A stretch of DNA of 63,074 nucleotides, the filler included, from Pirum gemmata (Eukaryota), in assembly GCA_002812295.1 (NCBI GenBank). It is 12 parts of 12 records of this genome, joined end to end, with 100 filler letters (N's around TTAATTAATTAA, not from the genome) between each part and the next. Parts side by side here need not be neighbours in the genome. Positions count along the whole stretch, not along the records: positions 26,749 to 31,824 come from PDIN01000684.1; positions 31,925 to 37,016 come from PDIN01000685.1; positions 37,117 to 42,223 come from PDIN01000686.1; 9 more parts are not named here. One strand, given 5' to 3'. Shown here piece after piece: positions 26,833 through 40,167 of this stretch. Position numbers and translations under genes: made by a program. The stretch's first letter is position 1, and each line of letters begins with the position of its first letter. The notes beneath the pieces were generated by a model. It ran no database searches. It had not been told where the DNA came from and worked only from the letters and a program-made list of their open reading frames with translations.

Positions 26833-29800
26833 TTAATAAAAGGCAGAAAGAATAACACAGAAGACAGATAAAGTTAAAGATACTGTTGATATCAAAGTAC
26901 CAGAGCCTTCTACAATGTTAATTGAAGGATTGTTAGTTGGAGGCTTAGGCTTAGGGGATTCTGGTTGTGATGGAGTTGGATTTTGAGGTTGAGATGGTGT
27001 ATTAGTGTTGGTAGTATTATCAATTGGAACAAGGTTTTCCCCTACTTTACCTTCACCCAAAAATTCGGAACCAACTGTACCGTCAATTCCACCACTAATC
27101 ATACACATAGTAACCAACGACTCTAAGGTATTCCAAGATTCTTGATCTCCACCTTTAAAAGCTTCAATACCAATGGAACCAAACAAAGGGCTTTGTTGGT
27201 CAGTAACTACGTCAGGCACAATCTTTTCATTAACAATTTTCTTAGCAAAAGTAGCATCGCCTAAAATATGAGCTAATCTACCAATTTGCGCGTAAATTCT
27301 AGCTTCACCGGCAACCAAATTTTCATCAGGTTTTAAAGCCAAAGGGCCAGTCTTGGGGACATCTTGGCCATCGTAAGTCATATATTCTGGTACACGACCG
27401 TTCTGAGTATAAAATTGTTTATACTTAGTTAAAGATCTCAACGCTTTTTCTTTAGCTTGTGCCCTTAATTGTGCGTTTGCAGGAGAAGTTTCTGAAGTAC
27501 CAATTTCCGCCAAATGAATCGCAATCCAAAGAGTTTGGATGGTCTTAAGGTGCTTTCCTCTGTTACTAGCAGTTAAATCACGGTACTCAAAATCACCAGT
27601 GTAAGTTCCATCTGCTTGGATGCCATTATAAAAAAGACCAGATGTTCCAATTTCAGAATCCAACAACATTTGTATAGAAGAGTCCAGAATAGGAATCCAA
27701 CGAGGGTTATAACCAGATGCTGCTTCCACGGTCCATAACAAAGAATAATCTATTGGGATAGGATCAATACCAAGATGCCCATTACCATTGGCATTTTGCT
27801 CAGTTTCAGACCAATCGTAACTGTAACCAATTAAGCCATGGTATTTCGGTAAAACGGATGAACCTCGGTATTTGTTAGTGACTGTAGTCCACATTAAACC
27901 TTGCAAAGTTCTTTCAGCTAACAAGGAAGCATCGTTATTACTAAATAAACGTGCCCCGGCGATTATACCACGAATTGCACGCATGTCATCTAAAGGAGCA
28001 TTAGCGTTAACAGCTGAACCTTCCTCAAAGGACTGTATTAATGGAATTCCAGTTTCTTTATCAATTGCCCAGTTAATTACATTTTTTAAGTTAGACGTCA
28101 TCAACTCGTTTATAAAACTAAAACCTTCATTATGAGCTTCTTTATCTCCTAAACAACTGGCAACTCTCATAAACAAACCCATATGTTCGGCGGTGACATG
28201 ATGTCCGTTAGCATAAACAACATCTTCTTGCTCTGCAGTAATGTCTTTAAAGTTAGTAAATACCCCAAAACGACGAGGTTCTGGCTGATTAGGGTCTCTC
28301 ATTTTAGTTTTGATAAAATCAAAACCGTTATTGATAACTTGTTCCCATCCGGCTTCGAAATTAAATGTTGGTTGCGCAGACTGGATGTGTTGTTTGTTTT
28401 CCAACTCAATTACGATAGTAATAAATTGTTCCACAACAACAGTTGGGAATGTAAACCATTGGCCACCATTAATTTGTTCAATTGCGTCTAATTTTCCGGA
28501 CCATTTACCTTCATCTGGAGTGTAAATAGAAGCGCTCTTAACGCGGGTCCCATCAGGAGCTCTGTATTTAATGTTCAAAGGTGTAACAACACTTTGTACC
28601 GGTTGTCTTAAACCTTCCAGATTGGTAACATAGATAGCCTGTTGTGTGTTCTCTTTATTTGTTCCCAATTCTACATAAACCTTTTCGTTAATCTCGTTTT
28701 CTTCATCAAAAATAATAACATTTTCTCGAACATGCTGACGGATAACTTCTTCAAGACTGTTGAGTTTTCCTTCATACTCGGCTTGTGAAGGCGGAGCGGA
28801 TTCAGGATTACTTTTTTCGCCTTCGAATAATGAACGAGCAGTGATTGTTGGTCGGTAAATGACTGTCCCTTTCTCGTAAGCTTGCGTATAATCACTCCCA
28901 CCAGGTGTCTTCAATAAATCATTAGCAAATACAGGTTGTGCACGTAAATTACCTAACTCGTCATGGGTACCAGGTAGTTTAGCACCAGTAATAAACAATA
29001 CACCACCATTTGCTACATACTGTTTGATTGCTGCCGCAGAAGTGTCGGAAATGGCTTGTACAGATGGTAAAAATACAACTTTCAAATTGTTTAAAGATTG
29101 AAAACCAACACTAGTATCAATGACTACTTTGTGGCTAGTTTGAAATTTGTTTAAAGCATTCATTGTTCCTCTGTAAGAGCCTATATGATCGCATAAAACA
29201 ACTGAGCTACCAGAACCAAGTGCTGACCACCAACTTTCGTCAGTACTAGGCAAAGGGGTAGTTTCGGCAAACATTCCATATTTACATCCAGTTTGAGAAT
29301 CGATATAATCTCTAGTTGGAGTACTGTAAACAACACCAACATCAGCACTACGAACGAAATCATAGATAACATATTCCATTTCTTGAAGCCAACTGTACCA
29401 TCTGGTTCTATATTCTTTTCCAACGGTTTGTGTCATAACTGGAGTTTTACTGTCAAAAGGTGAAGCCCCAATCCCAGCAATGGCTCCCATGACAAGACCA
29501 GAGTCTAAAGGTGCGCTACCGTAAGCAAATAACCAACTATGCTGGCCATTATCAGCTGCTACGGCATACTTATTCATTGCAATTTTATTGCGAAAATCTT
29601 CAATAGTAGCATAATTCATAGCATTTGTGTTAGAAACGGAATCGATTTCCCAAACTCTAAATTGGCGATTATTTTTTTTGTAACCACCATCTAGACCTAT
29701 CCAATATCCATCTAAATAATCAACGGAGTAAATTTCTGCTGCAAAAATGAAATCTTTATTGCCAGCTTCACCAGCCAGAGTAATACTATCTTGCCAATTA

Positions 29801-31691
29801 TCTAAGGAAAAGTGACGCCATTGAATCCAAGCTCGGAAAATTTCATCATTTTTCAAATCACCATTTACAACTGTAGGCAAAGTACTGTAGCCTTGGCCAT
29901 TGTTGTAGCCTTGGTCTTTCGTAAAAGCTGTAAATTCAGCCAAAGAATTTTTACTCATCCCTATCAAAAGTGAAAAGTAATAAAATAATTTATATTAATT
30001 AATTAATTAGAGTAATAATATTATAATAATGACAAATAATAATGAAATAATATAATTATAACAATTATAATATGTTAGTAAATAAGAATTACCAGCCCAA
30101 CTGTGCGCAGTGTCTGAATATATAGGAACATCGCCCCACAAACCATTCATTTTGGTTTCTGCAGCTAAACGAGTAACTCTTCCCAAGAAATGCTGACGGT
30201 ATTCTGGATTATTCGGGTCAAACCAAGCACTTTCTTCATTACCTTTGACCCATACCTCTTGTCCTTCTCCGCAAAAGTAATTTAAACCATTTTTTTTAGG
30301 ATTGATATTCTTTTGAAGTTGTTCTGGTTTTTGTGAGGCCATGGTGTGTGGATTAGGGGCAAAATTAGCATCACAACCGTTATGTGATTGTACTTCCAAT
30401 GTTGGTATATACAAAACCGTTTTTAAACCTTGTTGTTCAGCGTATTGACTTAATTTGTTGAGAAAAGAAATTTGTTGATTGAACGCAGTATCATTATGAT
30501 AAAAACTCAAGCCAGAATCAACTTCAAGTACACTACAAAACTGTTCTTTTAAAGGGTTAACAGCATTTTCGATCCCCAATTGTTGTTTTTGTGCATTCGA
30601 TTCCCATACAAGAGTCTGCGTGATTTGACAACCACAAAGTTTGGCGGTTTGAGTCCAAGGTAAGTTCTTTTTTAGGACAGGGGTTGCTGGGTTAGGTGGT
30701 GTAGGTGGTAACTGTGGTCTTTCTTGCCTTGGTTCATTAATGTTAAAAGTTAACTGAACTCTATCTAAAAATGAGGGATTAAATTGTGATTCGATCCCAC
30801 TGATGCTATACATAACTTCCATTTCCCCATTTTCATTCATATAACTGTTATCCGTATATCTAAAACTATAGTTGCCAGTCAAATCAACCCATTTGTCTCC
30901 TCCGTCAGGGGCTGCATTATTATCAGCTACGAATTGATATTTACCGGTTACATAATTACGTAATTTAAACTGAAATTCGTTCCAATGGATATCAGCACCT
31001 TTGAATCTGGCGGTAAGAGCAACACTAGTCATTCTATCTCTCACTGCCTTTTGGGTAGTTTGAAATTTGAAATAAACTTCAAGTCCAGGCCCAGGGCTGT
31101 TGGTGTTGGTGACGTTAGGATCAAATTCGTAAGCACCATTTGGAATATTAGCATTAGTGCCAATAGTGGATTCGGCTTTTTCTAAACGTTTAAGTTCTAG
31201 AGCGGTGAGGGCATCAGGATAAGTTGCTCCTATTATATGATTAAGCAATTATTATTATTAGTATATTATCATTATTATGAATAATTTATTATTTATTATT
31301 TATTATTTATTACTATTATTATTATTTATTACTATTATTACTATTATTATTATTATTATTATTCTCTGCGTATAACATATAACATACCTCTTACTGTGGT
31401 TATACCTGTAGGATAAACTACAAAAGATTGAATGGGCTGTGCTGTAACAGCGGCTTCCATTTTCATATCTACAATTTCACTTTCTAATTCTTTCATTAAT
31501 TCTAACACATGATTTTGATTTTCTTGGGCATGTTTTTGTGTTTCTTTTCGTTTCTTTTCCAAATATTCAATTTCCATTTGTGCTTCTTCCATGGCCAATT
31601 GCATGGCTTTCATTTCGGAATTGGGTGCTGCGAACACTACTTTGGCTGGACCAGCCAAGCATAAGCTCACACAAGCGTTAATTAATTTCAT
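26833..31691 (-). CDS. Secreted, probably GPI-anchored multi-domain glycoside hydrolase, ~1522 aa; exons 31691-31388, 31229-30093, 29960-26833
   Basis: Three consecutive ORFs join in frame through two phase-1 introns (GTATGT..TAG, 158 nt; GTAATT..TAG, 132 nt), giving 4569 nt. Features in order: signal peptide, coiled coil, beta-sandwich, Pro linker, TIM-barrel GH region (GLKTVLY, GLWGDVP, AWIQWR), GH42-type trimerisation motif (LPSVQAISD..IKQYVANGGVL), GH8-like region (TAEHMGL, NAPLDDMRAI), P/T/S/N linker, hydrophobic C-terminal tail. Confidence 0.92.
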
Positions 31692-31793
31692 TATTATTGT
31701 TATTATTATTTTATTTTAATTAAACAATACAAATTATAATAATTGTTTATGTTTTTGATTTTGTCTTTTATTTTTACAAAAAATAAAAATCTG

Positions 31794-31824
<31 letters not shown>

Positions 31825-31924
31825 NNNNNNNNNNNNNNNNNNNNNNNNNNNNNNNNNNNNNNNNNNNNTTAATTAATTAANNNNNNNNNNNNNNNNNNNN
31901 NNNNNNNNNNNNNNNNNNNNNNNN

Positions 31925-32071
31925 GGAGTATAGTAGGTGTGGAGTATAGTAGGTGTGGGTGTGGGTGTGGAATATGGTAGGCGTGGGTGTGGGTGTGGAT
32001 TATAGTAAGTGTGGGTGTGGGTGTGGATTATAGTAAGTGTGGGTGTGGGTGGGTGTGGATTATAGTAAGTG
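31925..32071. repeat. GT-rich minisatellite (GTGGGT/TATAGTAAG units)
   Basis: Tandem units of ~18-28 bp at a contig start. Confidence 0.8.
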
Positions 32072-33308
32072 TTGACGTTTTCCCTTTTTTAAAAAAATCG
32101 TTCACTTACTTTAATTTATAATTACTGTTACATATCTGGTAGACTAGTTTATTTTTTATTGTTCCTACGGAAAACCATAGAAGAAAAAGTAAAGGAAAAG
32201 GTTGAAGAAAATCAAAAAAAAAAATATTTTCAAAAAAACAATGTTGTAGAATAGTAGTTGTAGCACTGTATTTTTTTTAAAATAATAATAATAATAATAA
32301 ATATATATGTAGGTAAATTTTTCTTTTTTTAAATTTTCTTTTTCATGTTCATGGTAATGTGTTCATGGTAATGTGTAATGTGATTTATAATGTGAGTACT
32401 AGTAGAAGTAATTGTGAAGCCTATTTTTTGAAAAGGGTTATGAAACTTATTTAGTGAAACTTATCTTGAAACTTATAAATGATTATCATACTTGATTTTT
32501 TTTTTTTATTTATACATATGTGATTTTTTTTTTTTTTTTTTTTTTTTGTGTTTTTTTATGCGTATTTTGGGCCACTCCAGGCTGAAGGCCTGGTCAGATT
32601 TATTTATTTATCGATATATATAATGTAAGTGGAGATAAAAAGACTGGATAAAAAGAGGTGGTGACTGTCTGGATAGGTTCGTTTGCAAAGGGCCTTGAAA
32701 CTGGCCTTGAAGTGGGTTGCAGACCAATTTCTGACCAAACAAAAAGGGCCAATTGCAAGGTACCATGGTTTAATTTTACTGCAGCTATAAACTATGCCAG
32801 CAAGTTTACTTCTCTGTATTTTGGTGGTACTTTCAATCGTAGATTAGCTTGACCGGGCTGAGGACCTCAGGGGAAAACAGATTCTGCTAAGTATTTCAAC
32901 TGGCTAGTAGCTACTAGCTAGCTAGCTAGGGCTGTGGGGATACTTATCATTTTATTAGAGCTCTCCACTGGCTATCATACAGATTCATACTACTATCAGA
33001 TAGCTAGAAGCTAGCTAGCTAGCTAGAGACTATCACAGCTAGTATCATAGCTAGCTAGACTATAGACTAGCTAGCTACTACTCTAGCAGACTACTATGGT
33101 GTCATACCAATGTCATACCCCACTATTGTCTACCATAAAACTGGTATCGATAGCTAGAAACTGGTATCATAGTAGAACTATGATATCTACTATCATAATA
33201 TCATAGCTAGCTTAGTACTACTAGCTAGCTAGTAGACTAGCTAGTTATCTACTCCTAGCTAGCTAGCTAGCTAGTAGCTACTATCTGATAGCTAATATAT
33301 AAAAAATG

Positions 33309-33351
<43 letters not shown>

Positions 33352-33857
33352 AAAAAAAAAAAAAAAAAAAAAATTAATTTGTTCTGACCAATTGGGTAGT
33401 TTTTACTTCAGTAGAGGAACCTCAATGACAGATCTACATGACCTCACCCACACTCTTGCAAGTTGCCACTGTGTATCATTATTAGAACTATCATTAGAAT
33501 GATTAGACTATTGTTTTGTTTTTCGATAAAAAAAAAATAGTGTTTTTATTTCAACTAGTTTCAATATCGATACCTGTAGTGAAAACTGTACTAATGTAAT
33601 TATTGGAACAAGTGACCATGGGTTTTAAAAAAAAATTGATACTGTACAATATAATATATTATTATAATTAATAGTGTATATATTATATAGTAACATTATC
33701 GGATATTAAAATATATAATGGTAATAAGAGCTTGGAATTCATTATCAGTTTATTCCAATCATAATTTATATGTTTTATTTAACAATGTTATTGGAACAAA
33801 AGATGGAATATATATGTATATATTACTCATAATTGTACCCGAGTGAGCCACAAAACG

Positions 33858-34548
33858 TAAGAACATATTAATATTCTATTCTGTAGCTATTCTAGAACTA
33901 TTCTACTATTATTCGAAATTAATTCTGCGCATGTATTCTATTCTATTCTATATTTGAAGCCAAAGGCTCTTACCCTGCAGCTGTAGCTAACCCTAACTTT
34001 TTTTAACCCTGCCACTCCTAACCCTAACCCTGCCACTCCTAACCCTAACCCTGCCACTCCTAACCCTAACCCTGCCACTCCTAACCCTAACCCTACCACT
34101 CCTAACCCTAACCCTAACCCTAACCCTATTCCTAACCCTAACCTTAACCCTAATAACCTTAACCTTAACCTTAAAATTATGTAACCTTATGTAATTATAC
34201 GGTAACCCTAACCTAACTCTTACCCTAATTCTTACCTAACCCCAACCCTAAACCTTAACCTAAGCCTTAACCTTGGCCTTATAAAATTAACCACTCCTAA
34301 CTTAGAGTTAAGGTTAGGAGTGGTTATATTAGGATTAGGATTAAAGTTATAAATTAGGGGAAGGTTATAATTAAGGTTAAGGTTAAGGTTATAATATAAT
34401 TAAAGCAATGCGTACGGTTAAAGTTAGGGTTCGGGTTAAGATTAAAAGGGCCTTAAATTTGGCTTCAAATATTTATGTAGAATAGAATAGAATACAGATA
34501 TTATTAATAAATAGAAAAGCTATATGGAATATTAATAGAATAATCTTA
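33858..34548. repeat. ~690-bp foldback element containing telomere-like repeats
   Basis: Outer inverted repeats (33933-33964 versus 34458-34495), a C-rich CCCTAA-variant arm, a central 14-bp perfect hairpin stem (34288-34301/34313-34326), and a G-rich arm. Confidence 0.8.
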
Positions 34549-37500
34549 AGATGGAGTAGAAAGAATACCCCATTCTACATTGTAATGTATTGTATAATAT
34601 TGAATTTAAGATTTGGGTTTATAATTATTGAGAAACGAAGCTTATAATTAAACGTAGTAAATTTAAATAGTAATAGCAGTAGCAATAGTAAAATCTACTA
34701 GTGGTAGTCACGCATAATATTAAAACGTGTTAAAATAATAGTAGGAAAAAAGATATACAGGAAGAAGGAAAAGAATAGGAGGAGGGTCAGGGTTAGTAAT
34801 AGTAGAAGTAGTTAATGTTGCAGTATGAAGAGCAGGAGAAGTGGGTGCAGTGTAAAACACGTGTTGATATCATATACATATAGGCGATTGACTTAGATTT
34901 GAAATTTAGAGAAGTACTTGGAATAAAGTCCAATTTTTAAATATTTTATTGTGTATTTTGGTTACAGCGCCTAAGCTAAATAGGTACTAATTTGATTCAA
35001 TGAAATTAGATTTAGATTAGCAATCACGAATATATACCATAGTTTAAAGGGTACAAAGAGCTGAATAACGTTAAGTCTAAACCATGTATTTTATATATGT
35101 TATTATTATATTATGGTTTGTACCCAAATAAATTGGAGCTGCAATATGGGTTAAACAAACTAAACTACTAAAATAAAAATGAAAAATAAATGTCCTTGCT
35201 TGCTGTAGCGTGTACATGTAACATCACAGAAATATTTTTTAGAAAGTCCACATCACGGAAATTAGCAAGATTCGAGATAGTAAATCAACATCAAGCTATT
35301 TAATATTTTGAAAGTTCAAATGTACTTGCATTTTTTTAAGCGAAAGACAGCGAAAGACAGTTTGACTAATCAACCTCTGAAGTTGTTTTGGTAAACATCT
35401 AACAATAGGATATGTACAAAAATATATTTTAAGTTTTGCGGGTGAGCATGTACTCTTAAGTTTGATGAACATGTATGCTGATTTATGTTAAATATATAGC
35501 TATTAACTGTCTGAAACCCACTACCACACAATTTTCTTACCAAATACTATACGTACACATGGAAGTGTGTGCGGGGGGGGGGTCAACAAAAACAAAGACA
35601 TTTCTCCCTTCACCGTTCAAAAAAGCAAGACATCTTCACTGCAGGTGCAAAGTTCTAGACCTCTCCGATAGTTGCATATTCGAAAGTTTTTTTTAGCAAG
35701 ACTCGCCTATTGAGGCTATATATTCTATATATAAAATCGAACATTTTTGAACATTTTTGAACATTTTTGAACATTTTCGAACTTACTTAGTAATCCTGAG
35801 GCTTTAAAAATATAAATTTTCTAATCTTTAATTATTTCTCAAGTTTGAAATATTTGAGTTTTTTGTCTGAAAAATGTACAGTTGAAACAAGCCCGAAAAA
35901 ATATGCAATTTTCCGGAAGCTACTAGTCACAAATATAATTCAACCAGCCTTTTCCATAGTCAATAATTTTCCAAATATAAAATGTTGGATGATTGGAATT
36001 TTATGGAGCACATTATCTTGGTACATTCGGAGCAATCCTAATAAATAAAATTAAAAGTGAGAATAGAACAAAGTAAAAAGTCAATAAACAAACATCAAAT
36101 ACATACAGAAGTGATGGGCATCTTTTTAGCGAGAAGCAAGCAATACCAACAAAAACAATAAAAATCAGTAAATTTTATAAATATGAACATATGCGTATAA
36201 TAGCACTTAATCACTAAAAAACAAAAAAGTAATATACAAACCATTATTGATTTTTGACCAAGATGCGGCGTTGCTGATGTCAAATAATATTGGCGAATGT
36301 TCAAAAAATGGCCCTGTCTTGGTGTTCAACACGTACAGAACTTTTTTGGTTTGTGTTTTGTGAATAAAAGATGTGTGTTAAAAATAAATAAAATAAAAAT
36401 ACAAAATTTATTTTTGCCATAATTAATAGCAATACCTCCATCCTATTAATTAATTACTTTGTTATCACGTACCTATTATGTACTTCTTACCTTACCTACC
36501 ATCATTATCAAAAATTAAAAAATATCCCTTACTTCAATTTCAATATTACACAACATAAGTATATTATCACTATTATTTGCAATTTTAATACAACTATTTT
36601 CAAAAGGTTTTTTTTAAAATTGCAATAACTATTACCAATATCACTAGCATTGGTACTTTTATTACAATCATTATCTTACCTGCTATACATAATGGTATGG
36701 ATGTATAGTGCTAAATACTTGTTTCATGATAATTATTATTATTGTATGTTGCATATCAATATTTATAAAAGCGTATACCTGCGGCAAAAAACAAAATATT
36801 CCCCGCTTCTTGTTCACAATACAGTTTATCCGGAATCTTTTTTAACGTAGCAGAATCCGCACCTGTGTTGAGGAAATAATAATACCAATTTAACCTAACC
36901 CTGATATATTTTTGTCGTTGACTTTAAATAAAAAATAAAAAATAAAACTAACTGATCATCTGTACATCCTACTACTACTACTACTATTACTACTACTACT
37001 ACTACTACTACTACTANNNNNNNNNNNNNNNNNNNNNNNNNNNNNNNNNNNNNNNNNNNNTTAATTAATTAANNNNNNNNNNNNNNNNNNNNNNNNNNNN
37101 NNNNNNNNNNNNNNNNAGTAATGAAAACCTTAAAATCGGAAAAGTTCCGCAGCTGTTCGGTAATAATAAAATGACGTCATCTCACCCCTACTGTATTAGA
37201 AAGTGCCTTGGTATTTCATAAATATAAATATTAGAAGGTACAGGTTTACAAGACTTTTACAAGATTTTTTTTTTTTTTTTGTCAGGGAGACGCGGGAAAA
37301 CCCATCGAATCGAGACTAATTCGAAACTTTTGAAATTTTTCGATCTAAATTTAAGTATTGACTCACTTTTGATTTCATTAAAAAATTCTTTAAAATCGAG
37401 CTGTTTGATTCGATTATGTCCCGTATTTCTCTGTTGTCTACCGGTAGCTCTTATGATCATAATATCATAATTATTATATTTATATCATAAAAGGGAAGCA

Positions 37501-39929
37501 ATTGAGACTTGAATTTATTTGAGAATATTTATTATTCTGAATAATTAGTATTTTCTACCCTTGATTTAGCCGGTATAGACTAGCTAGTGTGATAGCTAAC
37601 TAGAGTACCGTACCAGGTAGTAACAGGTATTGTTATTGTTATTGTTGTTATTGTTATTGTTATTGCTATTGTTATTGCTATTGCTATTGTTATTATTGTT
37701 ATTGTTATTGTTATTGTTATTGTTATTGTTATTGTTATTGTCATTGTCATTGTTATTGTTGTTATTGTCAGTTGTCAGATTCTTCTAAATCCCCTCTAAA
37801 GAAATCCAGAATCCCCATTAAAATAGTGCTAAATTTTTTATAAAATATCCCCTACTACTATCATACTAGCAAATATACTAGCTAGTAGCACTTCTAGCTA
37901 GTAGCTAGCTAGCTAGAGAGCGGAATCTTTGCTTATATAATTATTTATGGATAGACGAATATCAGACGAACGTTCTTGTAGCTGTTCTTGTTCATTTCGG
38001 TCATTAGTAAGCGAATGGTTCTTCTGTGATATGGAATTCTTGGCAGAGATAAAATAACGAGACGGTAGGGTAGGACTAACTGTAGTCTAGCTAGTTATGA
38101 TTATCATCTAGCTAGCTAGTGATTATCATAGCTACAAGCCTACATACAAGTTACAACTACCTACCGGTAGTGATTAGAGCTATCGTCCTAGCTAGCTAAC
38201 TACTAGTAGCTAGCTAGCTACTAGTAGTCTCGTAGTACTCTCTCTCTACTATCGATACCAGCTAGCTAGCTAGAGCTTTGGAGAGCGGTTAGCCTGAGGT
38301 GAGTTAGCTATCGATATGATATGATTAGTACTGGTTAGTACTAGGGGGGATGACATGACGTCATAATACTAATACCAACCTAGGGTACGGCAAAAATTGA
38401 AAATTTGACTTAAATTACTATAAAAAGTTATTTTATAACTATTAATAGTAATACTTAATACAGTAAACTACTATTTTAAGGATATAAATATCTATTTTAA
38501 GTAATAATTTTTTGCCATCTCAATTCCTTTTGTAACCTATCTCCAAATTTCTGCCAAAGGGGAGTCAAAGGGGATGTCATGATAATAGTAGCTAGCTAGC
38601 TAGCTAGCTAGCTAGGCAGTAGAGAACAGTGAGAGATGAGAATGAGATGAGACTAAAAAAAAAAATGGTTCGTCCAGCTAGCTAGCTAGCTAGGTTCGTC
38701 CAGTATTGAACCGCATATAAAATAAATGGCTGGGCTGCCTGGGCAAGACTGCTGGGCACCACAATTTCCCCATGTGATAGTCTACCAGAATGGGATGGGG
38801 CCCGGAGTGGGCCCGGCCACTGCCCGGCCAGTCTATAATATAAATATCATTCTCAAATATTTAAAAAGTGATAGACTACACTTAGACTACTACACTACTC
38901 TTTTGCTACTCAAAAAAGAGAAATATATTTTTAAGAATTATGATCAGAGTCTTCAGAGATGCAATGTCCGACTCGGAATCGGGTCAGAACGCTGTCAAAA
39001 CGCTGTTCGCCCGAACCAACGCCCGACCAGGTTTTTTTCAGCGTGTCCGAGTATGTCCGAGTGGTCTTCGGAGTCCGGACGGCACCGAGAATGCACCAGC
39101 CAGGAAGGAGTCACCAGTGACTCAACAGTGTCACCACACCAGGTCAATGTGAAATTGTGAATATGATAATTATGATATAAATTATAATAGACTTCAAGAA
39201 AATTTCTTGAAGTCTCAGCTTGAAGTCCTTGATATATCTGATATATTATATATATCGATACCAGTATCACTGTATCAGTAGTAGACTATGATAATTCTAT
39301 AGACCCTTATTACTAGCTAGCTAGCTAGCTACGATAGAGAAGTGATAGAGAGCTACTAGTTAATGTAATTGTTATTATCATATTATATTGTTATTGTTAT
39401 TGTTATTATTATTAATTGATATGGTTGTTGTTATTGTTATTGCTATTAGTTATTGTTATTAGTTATTGTTATTGTTATTGTTATTGTTATTGTTATTGTT
39501 TTTGTTATTGTTTTTGTTTTTGTTTTTGTTTTTGTTATTGTTATTGTTATTGTTATTGTTATTGTTATTGTTTACTATAGCTAGCTAGCTAGCTAGAGCT
39601 AAGCCACTTCCAGCTAGCTTGCCATAGTAGCTACTAAAAGGGGGTGCTATCAATATTATCAGATATCGTATCATATGATATCATACCGATATGATATCAT
39701 ATGATATTATTGATATATGATACCCCCCCTCGGTATCTGATATACCGTATACGTATTATTACTATACGTATGATATACAATAATATGATATATATAATAT
39801 CATTATTAATACATATTATTATTATTCGCTAGCTAGCTAGTCGCTAGCTAGTAGAGCCCATCTTCTTTCACTCTAGCTAGCTCTAACTAGCTAGGTACTA
39901 GCTAGTAGCTAGCTAGAGAGCAAGACCTA

Positions 39930-40167
39930 CAAACAACAAACAACAAACAACAAACAACAAACAACAAACAACAAACAACAAACAACAAACAACAAACAAC
40001 AAATAACAAATAACAAATAACAAACACCAAACAACAAACAACAAACAGCAAATAACAAATAACAAACACCAAACACCAAACAACAAACAGCAAACAATAA
40101 CAAATAACAAACAAACAAACAACAAACAACAAACAACAAACAATAACAAACAATAGTAAACAACAAA
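39930..40167. repeat. (CAAACAA)n microsatellite
   Basis: 7-mer array; source of three spurious minus-strand ORFs. Confidence 0.9.

Noticed and set aside
27872..31185. Short ORFs overlapping the large GH gene
   Set aside because: Antisense or alternate-frame shadows of a real CDS.
38726..39270. GC-rich overlapping ORFs (144, 70 and 91 aa)
   Set aside because: No recognisable motif, open in several frames, with imperfect inverted ends; more likely transposon-end relics.
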